NCBI GenBank assembly: GCA_963769365.1
Contig: CAVYLU010000025.1
Location: forward strand, 19,970-83,969
Length of the DNA stretch: 64,000 bases
DNA from: an uncultured Alphaproteobacteria bacterium
GTDB lineage: Bacteria > Pseudomonadota > Alphaproteobacteria > Rhizobiales > Xanthobacteraceae
Direction: 5' to 3'
Position 1 is the stretch's first letter, and each line of letters begins with the position of its first letter. Below are positions 30,754 to 40,658 of the stretch, in pieces. The notes beneath the pieces were generated by a model, which had not been told where the DNA came from, searched no databases, and worked only from the letters and a program-made list of their open reading frames with translations. Position numbers and translations under genes: made by a program.

Positions 30754-31953
30754 TTAGACGAATGTGAGGTCGGCTTCGACGCCCATCATCCAGGCGCCGA
30801 CGGTTTCGAAATGTCTGATCTGCCCCTGCAGTTGCTGGGTTACAGTGTGGATATCGCGGAAGCGGCGCTCGAGCGGGTGGTTCTCGAAGATCGCGGTGGC
30901 GCCGGCCGCGTTATAGGCGAAGTCGACCGCCTCACGCGCCTTGTGGATGGCATGGGTCGCGGCCATGCGCACAGTGATGCGCTGCTCGACCGTGATCGAG
31001 GCCCCGGCGCACAGATGTTTCCAGATATCAGCCATCGACTGCAGCACGAAGCCGCGCGCGGCGCGCAGATTGACTTCGGCTTGCGCAAGGCCGGATTGCA
31101 CCACGGCATTTTCGCGCAGCGGGCTCTTGGTGCCGCGCGCCACCTTGTTGCGCGCGACATCGACAAAACAGTCGAGCGCGCCGCGCGCGATGCCGCAAGC
31201 GACGCCGGCGAAGCCGACCTGATAGCAGGTGCCGGAGCCCATCCGATAGAGCGGGCCGCTCTCGCGGCATTCCCGGTCGAACTCGCGCGTAATCGAGTGA
31301 TCCGAGCGAACGAAGAAATCGTTCAGCGCGAACTGGTCGCTGGCGGTACCGCGCAAGCCCACCGTGTTCCAGATGTCGGTCCATTCGACGTCCTCGGCGC
31401 GCACCAGCATGGTGCGCTCCTCCGGAACGCCGTTGGCTTCGAGTTTAGACGAGCCGTCGGCCTTGAAGATCGGGCAGTGCGCGCCGAGCCAGCTGGCGTG
31501 ACGGCCGCCGGAAGCGAATGCCCACACCCCGGTGACTTTATATCCGCCGTCGCATTCGATTGCCTTGACCTTGGGGCCGGGGCCCCAGGCGAGCACCGCG
31601 CGCGGATCGTTGCCGAAGATCGCACGCGCCACCGGCAGGTCGAGATAGGCCGCCGACATCGCGCAACCGCCGGCCTGGCTGAGGCACCAGGCGGTCGAAC
31701 CGTCGGCGCGTGCGATGGCCTCGATCACATGGAAGAAGGTAACGGGATCGGTCTCGATCCCGTTCGAAGAGCGCGGCAGCAAGAGGCGGAATAGTTCCGC
31801 CTCATGCAGCTTGTCGAGCAGGGCTGGCGGCAGACGACGGCTGCGCTCGATCTCGTCGGAGGCGGCTGCGACCGCTGCGCTGACCGCCTCGGCGCGCGCG
31901 ATCACGCTCCGGTCACCGGCAAGGTCTGCGGAATTCGCGGCCAGCGTCTCCAC
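30754..31953 (-). CDS. acyl-CoA dehydrogenase-fold flavoprotein (possibly a flavin-dependent hydroxylase)
   Basis: 399 aa with three-domain ACAD-like sequence. It lies in an operon with an MFS transporter and a VOC protein. Confidence 0.75.
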   Translation of the reverse strand: METLAANSADLAGDRSVIARAEAVSAAVAAASDEIERSRRLPPALLDKLHEAELFRLLLPRSSNGIETDPVTFFHVIEAIARADGSTAWCLSQAGGCAMSAAYLDLPVARAIFGNDPRAVLAWGPGPKVKAIECDGGYKVTGVWAFASGGRHASWLGAHCPIFKADGSSKLEANGVPEERTMLVRAEDVEWTDIWNTVGLRGTASDQFALNDFFVRSDHSITREFDRECRESGPLYRMGSGTCYQVGFAGVACGIARGALDCFVDVARNKVARGTKSPLRENAVVQSGLAQAEVNLRAARGFVLQSMADIWKHLCAGASITVEQRITVRMAATHAIHKAREAVDFAYNAAGATAIFENHPLERRFRDIHTVTQQLQGQIRHFETVGAWMMGVEADLTFV

Positions 31954-31957
31954 GGAC

Positions 31958-33364
31958 TTACGCCTGCCGGACCCTGGCCGTCGTCGCCAGATCGGTTGTA
32001 ACCGCCAGCTCGCGGTCGATCTCCTCGATCGACTTGCCTCTGGTCTCGATGCCGAAGAAATAATAGACGCACCCCGCCATCAGGAACCAGCAACCGAGAT
32101 AGACGAAGGCCATCGGGATTTGCGGCAACGGCACGTCGGGCTTGAGGTAGTTATTTGAACCGACGATCAGCGCGAGCCCGAGCGGGCCGATGATCTTGCC
32201 GATACCGCCGAAGCCATAGGCCGAGCCCATGCCCGATGTTCGCAGATGCGAGGGCCAGACCTCCGCCGCATAGGGACCGACGATGGCAAAGCCGCCGTCG
32301 GCGAAGAAGAAGGCCACCGCCAGGATCAGCCAAAAAGCCGACACGCCAAACAGCGTGGCGTCGTAGTACTGGCCTGCTACGATGGTGAGGACACCAGCGC
32401 CGAGGCCAAGCAGGCCGCCGGCCTTGCGCCGTCCCATCAGTTCGGAGAAGTACGAGAACGACAGCCGCCCGATAAAGCCGCACACGGTAAGCAGGATCAT
32501 CATCTTGGAGGCTTCCTGCGGCGTGACTTTCAACAACAGCACGAACAGCGACGGCGCCCATAATGTGATGCCGTAGACTCCGGTCTGCGCGCCGGCGTTG
32601 CCGAGCCAGGAGACGATCAGGCTGCGCGGATATTTGAAGAGGTCGAGCCAGTTGCTCCTGATGATCGGGCCGGCGTCGGCCGCCGTCGGCAATGGGAGCG
32701 CGGATGGCTCCATCTGCAGCGCCCAGGCCAGCGACTTCCGCGCCTCCTCATAACGGCCCTGACGGCACAGCCAACGAGGCGACTCCGGTACCCAGAGCCG
32801 GACCAGCAGCACCAGCAGCGCGGGCAGCACGCCGATCGCAAACAATAGCCGCCACTCCCCTGCGCCGACCTGAGCACCGATGACTGCGCCGAGCCCGACG
32901 CCCAGCGGGATCACGCAGGTGACGATGCCGCCGACCCACCCGCGCTTGGAGGAGGGCATGAACTCCTGCACCAGCGGCAGATCCACACAATAGAGGCCGC
33001 CGACGCCGGTGCCGACAAAGAAGCGCATGATCGCCAGATAAACCCAGCCATTGTCCGGAGTGAAATAGAGCAGGCCGGTTGCGATCGAGAAGTTCAGCAC
33101 GGTGCCGATAAACACCTTGCGGCGGCCGATGCGGTCGGCAAGCCAGCCCCAGACATAGGCGCCGATGATGGCGCCGACACCCGAACTCAGCAGCACGATG
33201 GCCGATTGACCGAAGGTGAGCTTCCAGGGCCCGATCAAAAACGCCAACACAAAGGCGATCAGGAAGTAGTCGAAGAATTCAAGGGCGTCGCCAATGATGG
33301 CGGCCGTGAGAATCCTGATCTGGTTTCCGGTCAAATTGGTCCGGCGATCGAGCAACTCGAACAT
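31958..33364 (-). CDS. MFS transporter (metabolite/sugar:H+ symporter type)
   Basis: 468 aa, 12 TM. Motifs GWLADRIGRRK and PESPRWL. Confidence 0.85.
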   Translation of the reverse strand: MFELLDRRTNLTGNQIRILTAAIIGDALEFFDYFLIAFVLAFLIGPWKLTFGQSAIVLLSSGVGAIIGAYVWGWLADRIGRRKVFIGTVLNFSIATGLLYFTPDNGWVYLAIMRFFVGTGVGGLYCVDLPLVQEFMPSSKRGWVGGIVTCVIPLGVGLGAVIGAQVGAGEWRLLFAIGVLPALLVLLVRLWVPESPRWLCRQGRYEEARKSLAWALQMEPSALPLPTAADAGPIIRSNWLDLFKYPRSLIVSWLGNAGAQTGVYGITLWAPSLFVLLLKVTPQEASKMMILLTVCGFIGRLSFSYFSELMGRRKAGGLLGLGAGVLTIVAGQYYDATLFGVSAFWLILAVAFFFADGGFAIVGPYAAEVWPSHLRTSGMGSAYGFGGIGKIIGPLGLALIVGSNNYLKPDVPLPQIPMAFVYLGCWFLMAGCVYYFFGIETRGKSIEEIDRELAVTTDLATTARVRQA

Positions 33365-33718
33365 GGCGTTTCCCCTTGGCGCCTGTTCGTTTTTTTGGGC
33401 GGCCGTCGCGCCATCGCACCGCCTGAACCGGAAGGCTACCCTGCCGACGCCGCGAACGGCAAGCCCAGCGGGACGCGGGGCAGGTGCGCCACATGCGCGT
33501 TCGCGAGGGGGGCCGGAACGGCCTTGAAATCGCCGCGACTGAAAATTGCATGCGCCGATTGACGCGCGCCAAGATCGCGATTGCGGTTGCGCTTTGCATC
33601 CATTCGCAGTGCGGGGAGCGTAAAGGCACCCGATTTATTAAATGTTTGCAGCTATGGTGCTGAATTCTGGATTCGCCACACCGGCGTCGACACACACACC
33701 ACGGCCCGGCAGAATTCG

Positions 33719-33970
33719 ATGGAAGAACGACGCAAGCATCCGCGGACCGAGATCAACCAGCCCGGCTATGTTTGCTCCGGCGGTTCGGTGATGAGCTGCG
33801 TGGTGCGAAATATCTCGGCCGAGGGTGCGGCCATCGACGTCGAAAACCCGGCCTTCGTTCCCGAGTGCTTTCGTCTGGTGATCGCCAACGAACCGTCCGA
33901 CGTGCGCGAGTGCAGGATCGCCTGGATCCAGAAAAACCGGATCGGCCTGACCTTCGTCGATGAGACGTGA
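33719..33970 (+). CDS. PilZ domain protein (83 aa)
   Basis: ATG at 33719. ERRKHPRTEI...VRNISAEGAAIDV matches PilZ RxxxR...D/NxSxxG. Confidence 0.7.
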   Translation: MEERRKHPRTEINQPGYVCSGGSVMSCVVRNISAEGAAIDVENPAFVPECFRLVIANEPSDVRECRIAWIQKNRIGLTFVDET

Positions 33971-33988
33971 GCTTGCGGCGGTGCGGGC

Positions 33989-34630
33989 TTAGCGCGCCAA
34001 CAACGGCTTGATCTTTGCTTCCAGCTCCTCGAACGACATCGCGCCCCTCAACCTCTCGCCATTGACGAAGAAATAGGGCGTCGCGTCGACCTTCAACTGC
34101 TCATAGGCGAATTTTTGATCGGCCGACAGCTTGTCGAGCAGCGTCTGGTCTTTCACGCAAGCAGCGACCGCTTCATCGCTCATTCCAAAATGCTGGCCGA
34201 TGTCGTTCATGGTCTCAAGCGTATTCTCCAAGAGGCCTTCCTGCCGCTTGAACAGCATGTCGACGGCCTCGAAATATTTCGGCACATCGCCGCCCGCGGC
34301 GCAGCGCGCCAACATCGATCCCGACGCGGCCTTGATGTCGAGCGGGAATTCGCGGGACACGAACCGCACCTTGCCGGCATCGATATATCTCGACTTCAGC
34401 ATCGGGAACACGTTTTGCTCGAATGCCGCGCAGTGCGGGCAGGTGAGGGAAGAGAACTCCACGATCGTCACCGGCGCGTTGACGGGGCCGAGCGCCATGT
34501 CGGGCAGGGATACCGGCTGCGCCGCCAGCGCCGCGTCCTGCGGCATGGCGCGATCGGTCAGGGCACTGCAGGGGAAAGCGGTGAGCAGGCCGAGAAACGC
34601 GGCGGCAACGATGCGGCGGATGACGGTCAA
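33989..34630 (-). CDS. DsbA-family thiol:disulfide oxidoreductase
   Basis: Active site FSSLTCPHCAAF. TTG start at 34630 (GGAG 7 nt upstream) gives a signal-like N-terminus LTVIRRIVAAAFLGLLTAFP. The longer ORF to 34903 is unlikely. Confidence 0.75.
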   Translation of the reverse strand: MTVIRRIVAAAFLGLLTAFPCSALTDRAMPQDAALAAQPVSLPDMALGPVNAPVTIVEFSSLTCPHCAAFEQNVFPMLKSRYIDAGKVRFVSREFPLDIKAASGSMLARCAAGGDVPKYFEAVDMLFKRQEGLLENTLETMNDIGQHFGMSDEAVAACVKDQTLLDKLSADQKFAYEQLKVDATPYFFVNGERLRGAMSFEELEAKIKPLLAR

Positions 34631-34833
34631 CAGCGTGCTCCAAAATCGGGCCTCGATACGCGGGTCAAATATAGCGCTCGCTAGCCCGAAACCGACGGCC
34701 TGGCAATCCCGCGCGGCAACGCCAGAAAGAACGCCAAGAAAAACACCAACGCTACTAAAAACGCCATTGAAAAAGCCGGCTGCGCTTTGTGGAGCAGCCG
34801 GCTTTGAAACAGATGCGGAATATTGGCGGCGGC

Positions 34834-34980
34834 TCAGGCCCAGGCGGTGCCGAGGTCGATGCCGGCGGTCATCAGAGACAATGACGCAACCAGGCCGATG
34901 CACGAGAACAGCGCGATAATCTTGAGAGACTGATCGGCAGCAGCGATCTCTGGAACCGAAACGATGGAAATCATGGTCAT
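34834..34980 (-). CDS. possible small membrane protein (48 aa)
   Basis: MTMISIVSVPEIAAADQSLKIIALFSCIGLVASLSLMTAGIDLGTAWA. Below the ORF-track cutoff and with a weak SD. Confidence 0.35.
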   Translation of the reverse strand: MTMISIVSVPEIAAADQSLKIIALFSCIGLVASLSLMTAGIDLGTAWA

Positions 34981-35140
34981 GGCGGCCCCTATTGGTTGGT
35001 GCAGAAGTCCATTCAGGCCGGGAGCTTGTACGCCTGATATGTTGATGGGCGATTGCCAGGCATCGTTAATTAAATGCTAAAATGCGCCTTGATCGGTAAC
35101 GACGGGCTGACGGAGGGTAGGGGGCCGAGACGAGCTAAAA

Positions 35141-35341
35141 TCAGCGCCGCGTACCCACGACCCTGGCGATCGTGCTCGCTGTCGTCGCCGCGCGGTCGGA
35201 AGCGCGTTGCGCCGCCAGGCGATCCCTGGCGCGCTCCTCGATCAGAAGAGCGATCAATGCCAGCCGCTTGTTTTCGTCGACAGCCTCGGCAAGCAATTGC
35301 TGATAGCGACGATAATCGAACCCCGCGTCCTGCGAACGCAT
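35141..35341 (-). CDS. small hypothetical protein (66 aa)
   Basis: ATG at 35341 follows a G-rich SD. Helical MRSQDAGFDYRRYQQLLAEAVDENKRLALIALLIEERARDRL. Confidence 0.4.
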   Translation of the reverse strand: MRSQDAGFDYRRYQQLLAEAVDENKRLALIALLIEERARDRLAAQRASDRAATTASTIARVVGTRR

Positions 35342-35568
35342 GTAACGCCCCCCAGCGAACGCACACTGCACCCGGGGCGAACTGTTTCGCACCTTGCGAG
35401 CCGGCACAATAGCGCTGCGTCGTCTTGGGGCGCTTGAACCGAAATTAGCTGTGGGTTTCGTCATTGGGCGGCGCGCAAGCGCGCGCTCCGCCCGACTGTG
35501 AACCAGCTCACATCCCTTAATGGGCCTTGCGGGCTATACCGAAGCCCGTGCAAATACGGGTGGCCAAC

Positions 35569-35781
35569 ATGAAGAACAGGGTCGACTTCCTAACCATTGT
35601 AACTGCGATCTGCGTCGCGGCTTATGTCGCCATCATGCTCGACCATGTCGCCGATGTTGATCTCGGCTTCTCAGGCGAGCAAATCCGCAACACCGCCGTG
35701 ATCGCCGCAAGCGTCATGGCCATGCTGATGGCCATCGATTTCTTCGGCAAAAAGTCGAGCAAGACCGACCAGCCGCGATAG
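35569..35781 (+). CDS. small two-TM membrane protein (70 aa)
   Basis: MKNRVDFLTIVTAICVAAYVAIML...AVIAASVMAMLMAIDFF. Confidence 0.4.
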   Translation: MKNRVDFLTIVTAICVAAYVAIMLDHVADVDLGFSGEQIRNTAVIAASVMAMLMAIDFFGKKSSKTDQPR

Positions 35782-36201
35782 CCGGCGTGTTCCGGCCGGG
35801 GTAACCTCGAAGGCGCTATTTGCGCCGCGGCGTCTCACTTTGCCGGCGGCGATCTCCAACCGTTGCCTTGTCCCACCGAGATGCGACCAGTTATATCGTC
35901 GCTGCCATCATCGGAAAGTCGCCAGGCAACCGAACCAAAATATGCGGTGAGCGCCAAGCTGGTCACGATAAGAAACGCCAGGGAAAGCCAACTCATTGCC
36001 ATAACTCCGCAACCCCTCAATTTTTGAGCACCAGCATCTTTCGCTGATTCGGAAAATGCAGGCACACTGACAGAAGCGTGCTTTTCCCCAACAGAGGTGC
36101 GCGATCAGGCGGCGTGCAGGTCGGCAACTCGTTACCGCTTGCGGACGGCTCTGCCCGGCAGCGTTCTTGTCGGAGATATCGGCTCCCACATCGCGGCAGG
36201 C

Positions 36202-36500
36202 TCAGCGCCGCGGTGATCTGGTCGGGGTCGCCGAGGGTGCGGGTACCGGTTGTGCCGCGGGTGCCGTTTGTGCCGCTTCTGCCGGGGGAGCGACGTAATA
36301 GGGGTTATTGAAGCACATCAGGCCGTGGCCGTGGTCCCTTGCTTGCACTGCTCCATCGATGTGAAAAAGCATTCGATGCGGCTGCCATCCGCTCCGTATA
36401 CTTCCATGCAAACAGGATAGCTCGGATCGTACCTTTGAGCCGATGCCGGCGATGCGGCGAAGATCATTGCTATCCCAAGGATCGAAACGAGCCCGCGCAT
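36202..36500 (-). pseudogene. DUF3551-like small secreted protein, apparently frameshifted near 36320
   Basis: Frame A: signal peptide + YPVCMEVYGADGSRIECFFTSMEQCKQGTTATA*. The adjacent frame continues ..LMCFNNPYYVAPP.., the expected C..NPYY end of the family. Confidence 0.45.
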
Positions 36501-36723
36501 TAAATCCCCCCGTCGGAGCTTGGATGTCCTATCGAATACAGTCAGCGCCGTTAGACAAGTTACAAAACGCTAATCAATCGTTGGATGCGGCTAGCCGCTA
36601 ACTCCCGTCCAAACGGCCGCTGGATCGCCCAGGAGCTGGCCGTCCAGTCGGGTTGCCGGGCTGAGGGCCGGTTGAAAAGGGTCGGGGCGGGGCCAACCAA
36701 CCGCAGCCGCACCGGCAAGCCCG

Positions 36724-37491
36724 TCAACTGAAGAAACCATGTCGCAGTAAATCAACGCCCGCGGCAATGACCGCAATCAACACCAGCTTCTTGAATGTGT
36801 CAGGCGCAATTTTATCGCGCATATGTTGTCCGACGTACATGCCGAGCACGACTGGCAACATCGCAGCCGTCGAGACTGAAACGTCAAGCCAATTGAACTG
36901 GCGGCTGGCCGTCAGAAGAATTGCCAGCAAGCCGGCGGAAACGACGAGATATAGCGATGCTTCCTTTGTGAACGCCTTTCCGCGCAGTCCCTTTGCAAGC
37001 AGAAATATGAAAACAAGCGGTCCCGGCATCGCTGCGATGCCTCCCAGAATTCCGCCGAAAAATCCGAATGTGATGCCGGTTGGTAAAACCAAGCGAGACT
37101 GAAGCTGCAGCTTCGGCGCGAGCAGCGTGACGCCACCAACACCCATAAGCACCAGGCCTGCGATAGTCTTTGCAACGTTCGCATCGAGCGCCAACAGGAC
37201 TCGAACTCCAAGGAAGACGCCGGGAATCATGCCGAGAATCACCGGCGTCAATTGCATGAGGCACCGTCCAGTCTTTCCGCCCTCCAGCGCCTGCGGCAAG
37301 TTGCTGAAGATCAAAGGCATGCTCAGTAGCATGGCCGCTGATTTGATATCGATGAACAGCGACAGCAGCGGCAGCGCGACGACTGGCATGCCGACCCCGA
37401 TTATCCCCTTCAGGAGGCCGGCGACGATCAGGCTGCAAACCACGGCAGCAATGATACTTGCGCGCTCGAAATAAAGGATGCGGATCAACAC
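36724..37491 (-). CDS. TauE/SafE (DUF81) family sulfite-exporter-like membrane protein
   Basis: 255 aa, about 8 TM. GLLKGIIGVGMPVVALPLL and GFFGGILGGIAAMPGP repeats. GTG start is uncertain. Confidence 0.8.
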   Translation of the reverse strand: MLIRILYFERASIIAAVVCSLIVAGLLKGIIGVGMPVVALPLLSLFIDIKSAAMLLSMPLIFSNLPQALEGGKTGRCLMQLTPVILGMIPGVFLGVRVLLALDANVAKTIAGLVLMGVGGVTLLAPKLQLQSRLVLPTGITFGFFGGILGGIAAMPGPLVFIFLLAKGLRGKAFTKEASLYLVVSAGLLAILLTASRQFNWLDVSVSTAAMLPVVLGMYVGQHMRDKIAPDTFKKLVLIAVIAAGVDLLRHGFFS

Positions 37492-37597
37492 AGCGCATTC
37501 TTGGCTCGGAGGTTCGCAATTGTCTCGCGCGAACAGTTCGGCTCATGCCGAACTGTTATCGATTGATATGCTTCCGGTATCAGCGGTAGGGTCAAGG

Positions 37598-38335
37598 ATG
37601 GTCGCGGCGGCAAATCTGGTGGAAGTGGCCGCTCTCGTGGGTGACACTGCGCGAGCGACGATGCTTAACGCCCTTATGGGCGGCCAGTCGCTGACGGCCA
37701 CCGAGCTTGCTTACTGCGCCAATGTTTCTCGCTCGACGGCGAGCGGCCACCTGGGCAAGCTGGTTGCCGCGCGGCTTTTGACTGTCACTCACAAGCGCCG
37801 CTTCAGCTATTACCGGATCGCGTCCCCGCTGGTCGCGACAATGCTGGAGAGCATCAAGGTCGTCGCCGCCATAGAGGTGCCACCCCGCCGTCAGCCGCGG
37901 TCAGCAAACGATGATGCACTCCGTTTTGCCCGGAGTTGCTACGATCACCTGGCTGGTCAGGTAGGAGTTGCGGTTACCGATGCGCTTGTGGCCATGGGGC
38001 ACATCGTGCTCACCGATGAAGGCGGTCAGGTCACGTCTTCGGGCGGGCGTTTCCTTTCCGCGTTCGGCGCTGATCTGAGGCCGCGGACTCGGCGGATTTT
38101 CTGCCAGCCTTGTCTCGACTGGAGCGAGCGTCGTTATCATCTCAAGGGACTCGTCGGAGCTCGGATTTTGGATCGTCTATTCGAGCTCGGATGGCTCAAA
38201 TGTGTGTCGGGCAGCCGTGCACTCCAACTAACGTCGTCTGGAAGGGCGGGCTTGTCCGAAATCTTCCGGATCGAGATCAACAACGAGGGTGTGCCAGCCG
38301 GTCGATTATGCGATCCACGACGGCTGACAGCTTAG
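37598..38335 (+). CDS. ArsR-family winged-helix transcriptional regulator with a C-terminal extension
   Basis: ALVGDTARATMLNALMGGQSLTATELAYCANVSRSTASGHLGKLVAARLL. Divergent from the TauE gene. The start is uncertain (37568 or 37598). Confidence 0.7.
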   Translation: MVAAANLVEVAALVGDTARATMLNALMGGQSLTATELAYCANVSRSTASGHLGKLVAARLLTVTHKRRFSYYRIASPLVATMLESIKVVAAIEVPPRRQPRSANDDALRFARSCYDHLAGQVGVAVTDALVAMGHIVLTDEGGQVTSSGGRFLSAFGADLRPRTRRIFCQPCLDWSERRYHLKGLVGARILDRLFELGWLKCVSGSRALQLTSSGRAGLSEIFRIEINNEGVPAGRLCDPRRLTA

Positions 38336-38416
38336 GCTAAGCGAAGCGTCATCTCGCGCAAATGCGGCAGGCCTTGGTGGAATGCGCCGATGCGCGCCCA
38401 ACACGTTCGGCACGAG

Positions 38417-38504
38417 GTTGTCACCCCCTGGACAACCAGTTCGGTGCCAGCTTGTCACCCATGTCTTAGGTACCAAGAGTTAGCTATGTCTCCGGGCTAG
38501 ACAA
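38417..38504. repeat. tcacccatgtct-type repeat, copy 1
   Basis: gttgtc-N8-gacaac hairpin followed by tcacccatgtcttaggtaccaagagttagctatgtctccgggctagacaa. It aligns with copy 2 at 40605-40658. Confidence 0.5.
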
Positions 38505-38563
38505 TCACGTCAAGGCAAGTGGCACGGATCGGTGCATTCATCAGGGATATCCTCTTAATCGCC

Positions 38564-38604
38564 GCAATCGAAATTCAAGTTAGCCACAATCGAAATTCAA
38601 GTTA
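38564..38604. repeat. 18-bp direct repeat x2 (caatcgaaattcaagtta)
   Basis: Copies at 38565-38582 and 38587-38604 (22-bp period), in an AT-richer intergenic region upstream of the membrane paralog A gene. Confidence 0.6.
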
Positions 38605-38835
38605 TGCCTGCGGTACAGCGATTTCTTCAATGAACGGTTGCTTCTTTTATTCTAGCATTTGGAGATTGCGATGAACTCGATTTCGAACGTTTCCATCCGC
38701 GCCATTCCGGAAACCGGGCTGCGCCGGTCGTAGTTGACAGTCCTTCGTGGTGCTCCTGTCGACATTTTGTGGCGGAAATCCTTGAGGCCGCGGGCTGTAT
38801 CAGGCCAGCGGGATCAAGGTTTGAGTTTTTTCATT

Positions 38836-38862
38836 TTCGCAAAGTAGATTTCGCAAAGTAGA
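38836..38862. repeat. 13-bp tandem direct repeat (ttcgcaaagtaga) abutting a start codon
   Basis: Units at 38836-38848 and 38850-38862; ATG at 38864. No SD is visible. Confidence 0.6.
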
Positions 38863-38863
38863 A

Positions 38864-40582
38864 ATGATGGTTTCAGCGTCTTTGTTCGGTCTTGTTGACG
38901 TTTTCTCGAAACGCCATCAAGAGTGCCGGATCTCCACGAAAGAACCCTCAAGCGGCGATCTCCTGCACAACTCGCCGGGTGCGGCATTCGCTGGCGCTTT
39001 TTTGGGTTGTTTAGCAACTTCGTATCTGAGCGCCTTGGGCGTTGATCCAGCAATCGCCTCCGCGCTCGCGACGACCCTCTTATGTGGTCAGGCACTCATC
39101 CTCCAGACAACAAGTTTGCCTTCGGATGAATTATTCACCGCGATTTTTGGCGGCGCGTTTGGCGGGATGACGCCGCTCCTCTGGTTCAGCAACAATGCGT
39201 CCGATCCGCCGCTTCTACAGCTGAGCATCCTGGCGACTTCCCTTGCGGCTGCCTGCGGTTTTGCTTTCTGCATTGTTGCCGTGATCGACACCCGGACAGA
39301 GCGCCCGCTTGCGTTTGGCTACGGAGGAAGGTCGGGCGCGATCGCAGCCTTGGCTTGCCTTATCTTCGTGGAGTTAGCGTCGCTCGCTGGCGCGGATAAC
39401 ACACTTTTCCGCGCCGTACGTGCCGATATCCTCGATGCAAATCCGACGTCAGCGGCTTTGGCATTTGCCGCATGCCTGATTGGGACGTTTGCCGTCTTAC
39501 TCCCGCTGCGGGGACAAAGCCTCAAGTCCGCGACAACGGCAGAACGAGTCTTTCTCGCCGCGACGATAGCGCTCATTGGTTTGACTGGCCTGCACCTGAG
39601 CGGTCTCAACGACGCCGGCACCATGGATGGTTTCTACGCGGGGTGCTTCTTGGGCATGGCGACACCCGAACGGCTGAACGGGCGGATGGAGGCTGTGTTG
39701 GCGGCAGCGGTGCTTGCCGCCCTGTTGGTTCACGTCAAGAGGCTCTTGCCTGGCGTCGGCGGCAGCCTTGGTTTGGCGGCGTTCCTCACGGTGGCCGTGT
39801 TCGCTGTGCTGCGCCAGATAACAGTCTTCGTGGCGCGGGCAATTCCAGGTCGTAACGAAAATTTGGAAACGGTGACCCAGCCGGTTGCGGATGATCGTAT
39901 CGCGGTCGGAGTCAGTCCTTGGTTCGAGCCTCAGGCGCCTTCCACGGAGGGGATGGTGGGATGTCGCACGCGCGCCACCGCGAACGCGATCCTGGCATCG
40001 CTCGCGATGGGCTGTCTTGTGCTGCCGGTTCTCCTCGGGCCGGAAGGACCAATCTTGAATATGGCGGCATCAATGCAGGTCGCCGGAGGCTCGGCGTTGA
40101 TTTCAGAGCAGCCGGTTTTGTTCCAGGCAAAACCTCAGACGGTTGATGATGCTATTCCGTTCGTCACGTCGTCCCTCGAGGCCAATAAAGTCGACGTGAC
40201 GATCACGCAGGATCCTTCGGTCGCCGACCGAGGTATCAACGGCCAGGCGCAACCCGAGGATCGGGCTGATACGGCAAAGCCAGCGGCATCGGAAGCTGCG
40301 GCGCCGCCAACCACCCAACGTGATATCAACGGCGTCCCCGATGACGTGAGAAAATCCGTGATCTTTCGTGAATTCCTGCAGTGGCGCGCCGCCCATTCTG
40401 CCGGAATTGCCGAGCCTTCACAGCACCCGCTCAAAAAGAAGCGTAATTCTTCGCGGATTGTCGGACCGCTCGCAACCGCGGCAGCGGGCCAGGTGCAATC
40501 GGAAGGCAGTCGGCCTCGTCGCGTGATACCAGCTTCGGGGAGCGTGCCCGTCGCTCCGCCCTCCCGTCCGATCCATCGTTGA
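38864..40582 (+). CDS. polytopic membrane protein of unknown family, paralog A (572 aa)
   Basis: About 9-10 TM N-domain with recurring G-rich motifs (AFAGAFLGC, FGGAFGGMT, GYGGRSGAIA, YAGCFLGM, LPGVGGSLGLAAF). It has an extra TM, a disordered Pro/Ala-rich tail and the FREFLQWRAA motif. Clear paralog of 49953..51839. Confidence 0.7.
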   Translation: MMVSASLFGLVDVFSKRHQECRISTKEPSSGDLLHNSPGAAFAGAFLGCLATSYLSALGVDPAIASALATTLLCGQALILQTTSLPSDELFTAIFGGAFGGMTPLLWFSNNASDPPLLQLSILATSLAAACGFAFCIVAVIDTRTERPLAFGYGGRSGAIAALACLIFVELASLAGADNTLFRAVRADILDANPTSAALAFAACLIGTFAVLLPLRGQSLKSATTAERVFLAATIALIGLTGLHLSGLNDAGTMDGFYAGCFLGMATPERLNGRMEAVLAAAVLAALLVHVKRLLPGVGGSLGLAAFLTVAVFAVLRQITVFVARAIPGRNENLETVTQPVADDRIAVGVSPWFEPQAPSTEGMVGCRTRATANAILASLAMGCLVLPVLLGPEGPILNMAASMQVAGGSALISEQPVLFQAKPQTVDDAIPFVTSSLEANKVDVTITQDPSVADRGINGQAQPEDRADTAKPAASEAAAPPTTQRDINGVPDDVRKSVIFREFLQWRAAHSAGIAEPSQHPLKKKRNSSRIVGPLATAAAGQVQSEGSRPRRVIPASGSVPVAPPSRPIHR

Positions 40583-40604
40583 GGCTCAGTCCCATAACCG
40601 ATGC

Positions 40605-40658
40605 TCACCCATGTCTCAGCTACGCCCTGTTACCTATCTCTCCGGGCCGGACAAAAGG
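40605..40658. repeat. tcacccatgtct-type repeat, copy 2
   Basis: tcacccatgtctcagctacgccctgttacctatctctccgggccggacaaaagg, 23 nt after the paralog A stop. Confidence 0.5.

Noticed and set aside
38564-38604. Possible CRISPR array (also considered for 30277-30352)
   Set aside because: There are only 2-5 short units with no or very short spacers, and no cas genes. These are simple direct or tandem repeats.
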